Shown: one piece after another, positions 9,357 through 17,082 of the stretch
How positions within the stretch are numbered: the stretch's first letter is position 1
How the letters are laid out: every line of letters starts with the position of its first letter
DNA from: a virus
Lineage: Duplodnaviria; Caudoviricetes
Reading direction: 5' to 3' (one strand)
DNA: 28,844 nt
IMG/VR virus record: IMGVR_UViG_3300023252_000167
Location: 1-28,844 of that record
Notes under the pieces: generated by a model
The model's database searches: none
The model's input: only the letters and a program-made list of their open reading frames with translations
Told to the model about the DNA's origin: nothing
Made by a program: the position numbers and the translations under genes

Positions 9357-9746
9357 ATGGCAAAGTTCAAGATTGCCCAAAACCCCACGTTCAAGGCGGA
9401 CGTGGACATTCCTCGCGTCGGCGGAACCTTCATCAAGGTGCCGTTCGAGTTCAAATATCGCGACCGGAAAGAACTGGCCAAGCTGTTCGCTGGCTGGCAG
9501 GCGTCCGAAAAGGAGGACCGGGAGCGGTTCAAGGATCGCAGTGATGACATCACGCTGGTCGACCTTGCCGAAGTCAGCATTGATCGCCAGGTCGAGCAGG
9601 TGAGCGAGCTGGTGGTCGGTTGGGGCTTTGATGACAAGTTCACGCCTGAAGCGATTCGCGCTCTGGTCGAAACCTCCGCCGGCGCCGGCGATGCAATCGT
9701 TCAGGCGTACCAGAACGCCTTCGCCGTGGTCCGACTGGGAAACTGA
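9357..9746 (+). CDS. Tail assembly chaperone (gpG-like)
   Basis: NPTFKADVDIP, VVGWGFDDKF motifs; ends at slippery GGGAAAC followed by TGA. Confidence 0.87.
   Translation: MAKFKIAQNPTFKADVDIPRVGGTFIKVPFEFKYRDRKELAKLFAGWQASEKEDRERFKDRSDDITLVDLAEVSIDRQVEQVSELVVGWGFDDKFTPEAIRALVETSAGAGDAIVQAYQNAFAVVRLGN
9737..9743 (+). other. Programmed -1 ribosomal frameshift site G GGA AAC
   Basis: X XXY YYZ heptamer in the gpG frame just before the stop. The -1 frame is open (AAA CTG AAA GAG GTG...) into ORF 9752-10054. Confidence 0.85.
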
Positions 9747-9751
9747 AAGAG

Positions 9752-10054
9752 GTGTCGCAGGCGCTGTACGAGCCTGTGGCACCGCCCAATCAGCTTGCCC
9801 TGTTCGGCATATCAGCGGCCGACCTTGACGAGACAGTGGAGATTCTCCCCGAAAACTGGCCAGCGTTCGTCGTCATGGAGGCGATGGGCACGCAGTGGCG
9901 TGTCGGAATGGCTGGGCCTACTGGTCTCGATTACTCAGCCGTCCCGGCAATCATGGCTCTCGTCGGGATTCCCAAGAAAACCAGAAGTCAGGTCTTTCAC
10001 GACATCCGTGTCATGGAAGCCGAGGCATTGCTCGTCATGAGCGAATCGAAATAA
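9752..10054 (+). CDS. Tail chaperone gpT portion (DUF1799-like), expressed as a G-T fusion
   Basis: PENWPA, TQWRVGMAGPTGLDY and IRVMEAEAL motifs; lies in the -1 frame of gpG. Confidence 0.85.
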   Translation: MSQALYEPVAPPNQLALFGISAADLDETVEILPENWPAFVVMEAMGTQWRVGMAGPTGLDYSAVPAIMALVGIPKKTRSQVFHDIRVMEAEALLVMSESK

Positions 10055-10064
10055 CGGAGCACTC

Positions 10065-13000
10065 ATGTTGGGCACAATCGCAGAACTGGGGATCGCGGTT
10101 GATTCGGGTGATGCCGCCCAGGCCGCGACCGACCTCGACAAACTAACCGCCGCGGGCGTTAAGGCAGAAAAAGCGGCTGATGGAGTTTCTGCTGGTTTTG
10201 AGAAAACCGGTGATGCCGCGCGCAAGCAGCGACAAGAGCTTGACTCTCTGCTGGGCAAGATTGATCCACTTACCAAGAAGCTGAACGACCTAGCCGCTCA
10301 GGAACAGCAACTGAGCCAGGCGCGGAAGTCCGGGCTGATCGGTGATGGTGCCTACGATGCGTACCAACAGAAGATTGAGGAGTCTCTCAATAGCCTGCTT
10401 GGCCTGAACACCGCTCAGAAGGCATCTGGCGAAAGTGCCGCCGAAGCCAAGGCGCGGATTCAGCAACTGGTGGTGACTCACCAGTCGCTGGCCGATACCG
10501 TAGCCCAAGGCGCATCAGCCGTCGCAGCAGCGGACGTCATCACGCGGAAGTCGACAGACAGCGCGTTCGCTGAAATCGGCGTCATCAGCCAACTTGAAAA
10601 AGCTTTCTCGGGCAACATCGAGAGCATCGAGTCACTGATTCAGGCTGAAGGTTTACTGGAGAAGGCGCGCAAGCTGGGTCTGGTCACTTCTGAAGAGCAG
10701 GCGACCTATCAGGACCTGCTCGGCAAGTCTTACGACAAGATCGAAAAAGCCGAAGCTAAGGAACTGGCTCAGAAACAACGGCTGATCGAGGCTGAAGAGC
10801 GTCAGACCGAAGCGCTCAAGCGCACGGTTAACGGGATCGACCCGGTAACCGCGAAACTGGCGAAGCTCGAAGCCCAAGAGAAGGCTTTGACTCAGCTTTT
10901 CGAATCGGGTCACGTTGACATTGATCGCTACAACGATGCTCTCGCGAAAATTGGCAAGGACCGCGCTGGGCTCACGGAAGCGACAGGCGCATTCGACAGC
11001 CTGAAACTGGGGACCCGTCAGGCTCAAGAGAACGTCGTCCAACTGGGCAACGCTATTTCGACCGGCGATTGGGGCAGCGGTGTTCGGGCTATCGCCCAGA
11101 TAGGTGCCACTGCCGGCGCCAGTGCGCTGAGCTTTCTGGCTTTGGTTGGCCCCATCGCCGCTGTGGCAGCTGTCATCGGCACCCTTGGCTATGCCTACCT
11201 GCAAGGGGCCAAGGAGTCAGAGGAATACAACAAACAGCTGATCCTGACCGGCAATTACGCCGGAACAAGCGCAGGTCAGCTTGCTGACGTTGCTCGGCAG
11301 GTAAGCGCGACTGTCGGTACCACTGGCGCAGCCGCTGCTGCTTTGGCGCAGTTGGCTGGATCGGGCAAGATCGCAAGCGGCAGCTTCCAGGAGATCACCG
11401 AAGCAGCGCTGGAGATGGAAAAGGCAACCGGAAAGTCGGTTGACGCAACCATCGCTGAGTTTGCAAAGATCGCCGATGACCCAGTAGCCGCAGCGAAGTC
11501 GCTGAACGATCAGTACCACTTCCTGACTGCTTCGGTTTACTCGCAGATCGTCGCGCTCAAGGAGCAGGGCGACACCATCGGCGCGACCAAGCTGCTGACC
11601 GACACCTACGCAGACACGATCAAGGATCGCTCCAGCCAGATCATCCAAAACCTCAGCCTGTGGGAGCGGGCTTGGAAAGGGATCGGCGAGGAAACCAAAA
11701 AGACACTCGACGCCATCAACAATATCGGCCGTCAAAGCTCAATTGACCAACGGATTACTGAGCTAACGCAGAAGGTTGCATACGCTCAATCGGCCCTCAA
11801 TGCTGACCCAGATGACAAGGAAAACAGGAAGAAGCTTGAAAGCTCCCAGCTCGAACTGAGCTTTCTCACTCAGCAAAAAAGCACGCTGGATGCTATCGCT
11901 TCAGCACGCGGATTAGACGCGGAGAGACAGCAGGCGGCTATTGTTGCTGCAGACAAGGTTGATGCCCGGGAAAAATCAGCGCTGACCAATGCGGAGAAGC
12001 GCAACAAGGCGCTTCAGGACTACGCTGACGAGCTCAAGGTAATTGCTCGCGTCAACCCTAATGACGCTCGCCTCGATCCGACTAGAGTCGCGCGAACCCA
12101 GGCAAACATTCGGGACCAGTTCAAAGACCCGAAAGGCCCGGCCAACCAGCTTAACCTGACCGGGTTCAACGACGCTCAGAACAACCTCAAGTCCATCACC
12201 GGTTACTATCAGAACCTCGAAAAGGAACTGGATTCGGCGCAGAAGGCCGGGCTGGTGTCGGCTGAGTCCTACAGCAGCCAGCGTGTTGCGATCGTTGAGC
12301 AAGAGAAGGGCGATTTAACGGCAGCGTATGAGGCCGAAATCGCTGCCCTGCAGGCGGTGCGCGACAAGTCGTCTACCGCCGGCGAGCAGCGCATCCAGCT
12401 GGACCAGAAAATCGCTGATGCCCGGACCAGCATGGTCAAGGCGCAATCGGATGCCGATTCGCGGCTGAAAGTGCTGGCCGACGAGGAAGACGGGCGGGTC
12501 AAGAAACAGAAATACAACATCGATCAGTACGTCCAAGCTCTTGGCCAGCAGCAGAAGGCTTTGGAGTTGGCCGGGCAGCGCGCCGTCCTGGGCGTTGGTC
12601 GCGGCGATCGCCAGAACGCGCTCGATGCACAGCTCAATGCGCAACAAGATCGGTTCGCCCAGCAATCGCTGGACCTCGCGAATCAGAAGTCCGATCCGTC
12701 GCGCAACATGTCCGAGGAGGAGTTTGCCAAGAAGTCCCAGGCTCTGGCCGATGCCAACAAAAAGGCAACCGACCAGATCCGTCAGAACTACGCGGACGTG
12801 CAGACCGCTCAGGGCGACTGGACCAATGGCGCGACCTCTGCCTGGGAAAACTACCTCGACAGCGCGCGGGACGTAGCCGGGCAGACGAGAACGTTATTCA
12901 CCAATGCCTTTTCCAACATGGAGGATGCAGTAGCGAACTTCGCTATCACCGGCAAGCTGTCGTTCAGTGACTTCACCAAGTCGATCATCTCTGATCTGGC

Positions 13001-13526
13001 TCGCATCGCCACACGGCAGGCCACATCGGGAATCCTCAGCACGCTGTTCGGTATCGGCGCAACAGCCGCAGGGTCTTACTCTGGAGGCTCATCCGCAGGT
13101 TCCGGCGCAAGTTCAGGTTTTGACTACGGCCTTGGGTCCTCGTCCTCTGGTCTCACCTATGGCGGTGGTCGCGCAACCGGTGGCGATGTCGCTCCGAACT
13201 CGCTGTACCAGGTCAACGAAGTGGGGCCTGAGCTATTCAATCAGGGCGGAAAATCCTACCTGATGACGGGGGCGGACGGTGGCAGCGTTACGCCGCTTGG
13301 CTCTGGTGCGGCCTCGGTTTCTGCTGGTGTCGGCGGGTCTTCCCCGATTGCGGTCACGATCCAAATCAGCGGCGACGGAAACTCTCAGGTGAGCAGCAAC
13401 ACCTCTGGCATGGAGTATTTCGGCGCTGAGATTGGACGCTTCGTCGAGGCTCGTTACAAGCAATTGGAAGCGAAGTCTCTGGGCCCGCAAGGGAACATCC
13501 GCAAAGCCATTAATGGGAGGGCGTAA
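10065..13526 (+). CDS. Tail tape measure protein (lambda gpH family)
   Basis: 1153 aa, Ala/Gln-rich helical. LILTGNYAG, LNDQYHFLTA and TGKLSFSDFTKSII motifs; C-terminal GG..V.E.GPE motif. Confidence 0.95.
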   Translation: MLGTIAELGIAVDSGDAAQAATDLDKLTAAGVKAEKAADGVSAGFEKTGDAARKQRQELDSLLGKIDPLTKKLNDLAAQEQQLSQARKSGLIGDGAYDAYQQKIEESLNSLLGLNTAQKASGESAAEAKARIQQLVVTHQSLADTVAQGASAVAAADVITRKSTDSAFAEIGVISQLEKAFSGNIESIESLIQAEGLLEKARKLGLVTSEEQATYQDLLGKSYDKIEKAEAKELAQKQRLIEAEERQTEALKRTVNGIDPVTAKLAKLEAQEKALTQLFESGHVDIDRYNDALAKIGKDRAGLTEATGAFDSLKLGTRQAQENVVQLGNAISTGDWGSGVRAIAQIGATAGASALSFLALVGPIAAVAAVIGTLGYAYLQGAKESEEYNKQLILTGNYAGTSAGQLADVARQVSATVGTTGAAAAALAQLAGSGKIASGSFQEITEAALEMEKATGKSVDATIAEFAKIADDPVAAAKSLNDQYHFLTASVYSQIVALKEQGDTIGATKLLTDTYADTIKDRSSQIIQNLSLWERAWKGIGEETKKTLDAINNIGRQSSIDQRITELTQKVAYAQSALNADPDDKENRKKLESSQLELSFLTQQKSTLDAIASARGLDAERQQAAIVAADKVDAREKSALTNAEKRNKALQDYADELKVIARVNPNDARLDPTRVARTQANIRDQFKDPKGPANQLNLTGFNDAQNNLKSITGYYQNLEKELDSAQKAGLVSAESYSSQRVAIVEQEKGDLTAAYEAEIAALQAVRDKSSTAGEQRIQLDQKIADARTSMVKAQSDADSRLKVLADEEDGRVKKQKYNIDQYVQALGQQQKALELAGQRAVLGVGRGDRQNALDAQLNAQQDRFAQQSLDLANQKSDPSRNMSEEEFAKKSQALADANKKATDQIRQNYADVQTAQGDWTNGATSAWENYLDSARDVAGQTRTLFTNAFSNMEDAVANFAITGKLSFSDFTKSIISDLARIATRQATSGILSTLFGIGATAAGSYSGGSSAGSGASSGFDYGLGSSSSGLTYGGGRATGGDVAPNSLYQVNEVGPELFNQGGKSYLMTGADGGSVTPLGSGAASVSAGVGGSSPIAVTIQISGDGNSQVSSNTSGMEYFGAEIGRFVEARYKQLEAKSLGPQGNIRKAINGRA

Positions 13527-13864
13527 TGGCTGACACATTTACCTGGCGCCCGGACAAATCAGCGCCCGGAACATTCACTCAGCGCATCCGTTCCGCCCAG
13601 TTCGGGCAAGGCTACAAGCAACGGGCAGCGGACGGGATCAATAACGAAACTCAGTCGTGGAACCTGACGTTCACAGGTGAGAAGGAGCGGATCGCCGCGA
13701 TCATGGCGTTCCTTCGGGCTCAGAAGGGATACAAGTCCTTTATCTGGGCAACGCCGTTCGACGGCCCCCTCTACTTCACTTGTGACACCTTTGCGCCAAC
13801 GGATCTGGGCGGCAAGGCGTGGTCACTGACTGCCACGTTCGAACAGACCTACCAGGTGACCTGA
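13526..13864 (+). CDS. Minor tail protein (lambda gpM-like)
   Basis: TFTW, QFGQGYKQRAADGIN and ATFEQ motifs. Confidence 0.9.
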   Translation: MADTFTWRPDKSAPGTFTQRIRSAQFGQGYKQRAADGINNETQSWNLTFTGEKERIAAIMAFLRAQKGYKSFIWATPFDGPLYFTCDTFAPTDLGGKAWSLTATFEQTYQVT

Positions 13865-14562
13865 TGGCCGAAAGTATTTACGAAGACGTCCAGAAGCTTG
13901 AGGCGGGCCAGTATGTCGAGCTTTTTGAGTTGGACCTGAGTGCGATCGCCGGCGACATCTACTACTTCCACGGTTACACCAAGCTTGGCGGGATCACCTG
14001 GCAGGGCGTCGAGTATTCGCCATGGCCGATAAAGGTCGACGGCATGGGGATGACCGGGGAAGGGCAGCAGGGCAACCCTACACTGGCCGTAGGCAACGTC
14101 ACCGGATTCATCACCGCACTTTGTGCAACCTATCAGGACCTGATCGACGCGAAAGTCGTTCGGCACCGGACGCTGGGGCGCTACCTCGATGCCGTCAACT
14201 TCCCGGGCGGAAATCCGGAAGCGAATCCGGACGAGCATTTCACGGATGACGTCTACACCATCGACCAAAAGCAGGCGGCGGACGCTTCGAACGCGACGTT
14301 CATCCTCAAGTCTCCGCTGATTGCGACTGATCGCAAGCTGCCTGGGCGGCAGATCGTTGCCAACTGCTGTCAATGGCTGGTCATCGGCGGGTACCGGGGC
14401 GCCTATTGCGGCTATACCGGATCGGCGTATTTCACCGACAAGGACGCGCCTACGGACGATCCTGCCAAAGATATGTGCTCCGGCACTCTCCTTGGCTGCA
14501 AGCTGCGCTTTGGCGCGAACAACCCGTTGCGCTACGGCTCATACCCGAGCGCAGGGTACTGA
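13864..14562 (+). CDS. Minor tail protein (lambda gpL-like)
   Basis: ATG at 13864 (TGATG coupling). YLDAVNFPGGNP and the Cys pattern C-W..YRG..CGY...C...GCKLRF. Confidence 0.92.
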   Translation: MAESIYEDVQKLEAGQYVELFELDLSAIAGDIYYFHGYTKLGGITWQGVEYSPWPIKVDGMGMTGEGQQGNPTLAVGNVTGFITALCATYQDLIDAKVVRHRTLGRYLDAVNFPGGNPEANPDEHFTDDVYTIDQKQAADASNATFILKSPLIATDRKLPGRQIVANCCQWLVIGGYRGAYCGYTGSAYFTDKDAPTDDPAKDMCSGTLLGCKLRFGANNPLRYGSYPSAGY

Positions 14563-14570
14563 GGTGCTGG

Positions 14571-15338
14571 ATGAGGCTTTCGAAGGACACCGTCAAAGCG
14601 ATCTATGAACACGCCAGAGCATCGGCTCCCCAAGAGTCCTGCGGCTTGATCATTCGTTCTGGTCGAGCAAACAAATATGTGCCGGTCTCAAACTCCGCCG
14701 AGAAGCCGGAAGACGATTTTAAGATCAGTACTGAATCCTGGGCGCTAGCCGAAGACCAGGGCGAGATAATTGCCATCGTTCACAGCCATCCCGGACAGTC
14801 GGCGCGGCTCAGCCATGCAGATCGAGTTTCGATGGAAGGGACTGGCCTGCCATGGCTGATCGTTGAAGTGCGTGAGGGTGAGCCGGTCAGCCATCTGATA
14901 CATGAGCCGAATGGCTATCAGGCGCCACTGATTGGGCGTCCATTCAGGCACGGGGTTCTCGACTGCTACTCACTGGTGCGCGATTACTACCAGCGCGAGA
15001 TGGGCATTACCCTACCGGAATATGACCGCGAAGATGGATGGTGGAACGAAGGGAAGGACCTTTACACCGACAACTTCGAAGGTGCTGGGTTCGTCCAGAT
15101 CGGGCCTGCAGACCTGCTTCAAGGCGATTTAATCCTGATGCAAGTTCGCTCGCCAGTCCCGAACCACGCGGGCATCTATCTTGCCGATGGCATCCTCAAG
15201 ACCGAGCCTGACCACTACCCGGTACCGGGTGCGATTCTGCATCATCTCTACGGTCGTGACTCGAAGCGCGATGTATACGGTGGGTATTGGACCGAAGCCA
15301 CGCGTCTTATCCTCAGGCACAAAGACGCAAATCAGTGA
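14571..15338 (+). CDS. Tail assembly protein (lambda gpK-like; JAB + NlpC/P60)
   Basis: GAGG SD and ATG at 14571. PQESCG, HSHP...S..D, DCYSLVRDYY, NHAGIY and LHH motifs. Confidence 0.92.
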   Translation: MRLSKDTVKAIYEHARASAPQESCGLIIRSGRANKYVPVSNSAEKPEDDFKISTESWALAEDQGEIIAIVHSHPGQSARLSHADRVSMEGTGLPWLIVEVREGEPVSHLIHEPNGYQAPLIGRPFRHGVLDCYSLVRDYYQREMGITLPEYDREDGWWNEGKDLYTDNFEGAGFVQIGPADLLQGDLILMQVRSPVPNHAGIYLADGILKTEPDHYPVPGAILHHLYGRDSKRDVYGGYWTEATRLILRHKDANQ

Positions 15339-15361
15339 GCGGCGATGCCGCAGGGGGAAAT

Positions 15362-15595
15362 ATGGAGAAGATGTTTGCAGTAGTTGACGGACAGTTGTAC
15401 ATCAATGAGGCCTACCTCACCGATAGCACAGTTGGAATGGTCAGGATCAGCGATCAGCGCGTAGAGGCACTCGATCAGTCTATAGCGAGCTTTAGCGTCC
15501 GCTTGGCGGCGGAGTGTGCCGCGAGAGCGTCTGCAGAGGCATCTCTTGCGGCACGCATTGATTCAATCCAGGCTCGAATCAAACCTGATGCGTAA
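15362..15595 (+). CDS. Small protein resembling gpJ C-terminal (DUF1983-like) and coiled-coil motifs
   Basis: GGGGG purine SD and ATG at 15362. FAVVDGQLYINEAYL and ARASAEASLAARID. Confidence 0.55.
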   Translation: MEKMFAVVDGQLYINEAYLTDSTVGMVRISDQRVEALDQSIASFSVRLAAECAARASAEASLAARIDSIQARIKPDA

Positions 15596-15776
15596 GGTGT
15601 TTCGCTGCTTGCAACCCTAGCGCGGTGATCTCTTGGAGGGTGAACTCATCAACAGGCTTCCCCTCAAGTTTGACGTTGACCACGACCGAGCAGCCATCTT
15701 GGTCGCCAAGGTTTACGGTAGCAGTAGGCGGCGTGTTAAATCTGGAAAGAGCTAGATTATTAAGTACGAGAGCCAT
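15579..15776 (-). CDS. Hypothetical 65-aa moron protein, antisense to the late operon
   Basis: GAGG SD five nt before ATG 15776; MALVLNNLALSRF...HLTHQV. Confidence 0.55.
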   Translation of the reverse strand: MALVLNNLALSRFNTPPTATVNLGDQDGCSVVVNVKLEGKPVDEFTLQEITALGLQAAKHLTHQV

Positions 15777-15915
15777 CTTGACCTCTAGGTCACGTTGCCC
15801 CGGTCCATGGGCTTGCAGGCAACGGACCGAGGCAGTTCGTTGAGGGAGCAACGCTACTACGACCTGTGTCAGGTCTGTTACTGGCCTTTTGTCCACGCTG
15901 GATGGGCAGACAGCC

Positions 15916-15943
15916 TTGCGGTTTTATCGGGACGGAATATGAT
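15916..15943 (+). promoter_or_regulatory. Putative sigma70 promoter for the DUF4236 moron
   Basis: TTGCGG-N16-TATGAT, 38 nt upstream of ATG 15982. Confidence 0.5.
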
Positions 15944-15981
15944 CATGGCCACCTGATATCGCCATTCAAAGGACGTGAATT

Positions 15982-16281
15982 ATGGCTCTCCACATCCGCA
16001 AGTCTTTCAAGGTTGCTCCTGGAATTCGGCTCAATGTGAGCAAGAGTGGAATCAGCACGTCGGTGGGCGGCAAGGGCTTCACAACCAACGTCAGTAGAAA
16101 AGGGACGCGAGTGACTGCCGGCATCCCTGGAACTGGAATTTCCACTTCGAAGCTATACAAGAGCCAAAAGGCGTATTCATCTGCGCCTCAATCAGTCTCG
16201 GCGTCCAAGCCTGATTTTGGCTCTTACCTAGTTGCGGTTTTGATTATCGTTGGGGTTCTGTGGGCGATATTCCACAAGTAG
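15982..16281 (+). CDS. DUF4236-domain membrane protein (moron)
   Basis: IRKSFKVAPGIRLNVSKSGISTSVGG...GIPGTGIS signature; C-terminal TM helix YLVAVLIIVGVLWAIF; AAGGA SD. Confidence 0.85.
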   Translation: MALHIRKSFKVAPGIRLNVSKSGISTSVGGKGFTTNVSRKGTRVTAGIPGTGISTSKLYKSQKAYSSAPQSVSASKPDFGSYLVAVLIIVGVLWAIFHK

Positions 16282-16298
16282 CTGCAAATGCGAAACGC

Positions 16299-16323
16299 AG
16301 CCCAGCCCAGCGCTGGGCTTTTT
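16299..16323 (+). terminator. Rho-independent terminator, direct repeat copy 1
   Basis: AGCCCAGC-CCAGC-GCTGGGCT followed by TTTT. Confidence 0.85.
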
Positions 16324-16387
16324 CATTCAAGCGCGGCACCCGTACGCCGATAACCGTGAACTGCATTCCGCAGTGCATGGAGGCGTT

Positions 16388-16519
16388 ATGAAGAAAATCG
16401 CAATTGCTGGCCTGGTAGCTTTGCTGTCGATCGTTTCACTGTCCGCGTCGGCCTGCCCCAAAGGCACACATCCGACTGGTGGAACCGGATCGCATCACAA
16501 AGGTGGTACCTGCGTCTGA
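16388..16519 (+). CDS. 43-aa secreted peptide precursor (moron)
   Basis: GGAGG SD. Signal peptide MKKIAIAGLVALLSIVSLSASA, then CPKGTHPTGGTGSHHKGGTCV. Bounded by terminators. Confidence 0.78.
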   Translation: MKKIAIAGLVALLSIVSLSASACPKGTHPTGGTGSHHKGGTCV

Positions 16520-16524
16520 AGAGA

Positions 16525-16549
16525 AGCCCAGCCAAGTGCTGGGCTTTTT
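16525..16549 (+). terminator. Rho-independent terminator, direct repeat copy 2
   Basis: AGCCCAGC-CAAGT-GCTGGGCT followed by TTTT; 23/25 identical to 16299-16323. Confidence 0.85.
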
Positions 16550-16600
16550 GCATCCTGCTTCCCAGTGCTACCCTCGGCCCTTTCTCAATGAGGGATCATC

Positions 16601-16948
16601 ATGCGAATTTTGATAGGGGCGCTGGCAGTTGTATTGCTAGCGGGGTGTGCAAAGTCCATAACTGAAATGCGCGAGGCAGGACCAGAAGCGACGCTGTACT
16701 CAAGCAAACCCGTAGACGAAGTTTCTAAATGCATAGTATTTGCGTGGCAGGACTACACCTATTATGGGCAGCATACCGAGGTATCGATGCTCCCGAGCCG
16801 AAAAGGCGGGACCACTGTCTTTACCAGCCAGAACCAGTATATGGCTGATATAGACCCAGACCATGGAAGGACGAAGGTAATTTACTACCAGCTCGGCAGT
16901 GGAAGCATAGGCCGCACTTTCCTAGAAAGCATCCGACCCTGTCTTTAA
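16601..16948 (+). CDS. Moron lipoprotein
   Basis: MRILIGALAVVLLAGC has a canonical LAGC lipobox. GAGGGA SD; extended -10-like TGCTACCCT at 16566-16574; two further Cys. Confidence 0.87.
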   Translation: MRILIGALAVVLLAGCAKSITEMREAGPEATLYSSKPVDEVSKCIVFAWQDYTYYGQHTEVSMLPSRKGGTTVFTSQNQYMADIDPDHGRTKVIYYQLGSGSIGRTFLESIRPCL

Positions 16949-16961
16949 ATTAGTAGTTTGC

Positions 16962-16986
16962 AGCCCGCTTAGTGCGGGCTTTTTTT
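16962..16986 (+). terminator. Rho-independent terminator
   Basis: AGCCCGC-TTAGT-GCGGGCT followed by a T tract. Confidence 0.85.
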
Positions 16987-17082
16987 CGCCTGTTATTTGG
17001 CACTGCTGGATCTCTACCGGGGCAGAAAGCGTTTCTGGCTTGAGCGTTTGGATGACCAGCTAACGATGTAAAAAGGGGTTCT

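Noticed and set aside
14373-14570. N-terminal extensions in the ORF track (also 4507, 8637, 13819, 15287, 16250, 26599)
   Set aside because: They overlap upstream genes or terminators; downstream starts fit the SD sites, translational coupling or family N-termini better.
16299-16986. Repeated hairpins as a CRISPR array or integron attC sites
   Set aside because: Only two close copies, gene-sized spacing, U tracts typical of terminators, and no cas or integrase gene in the window.
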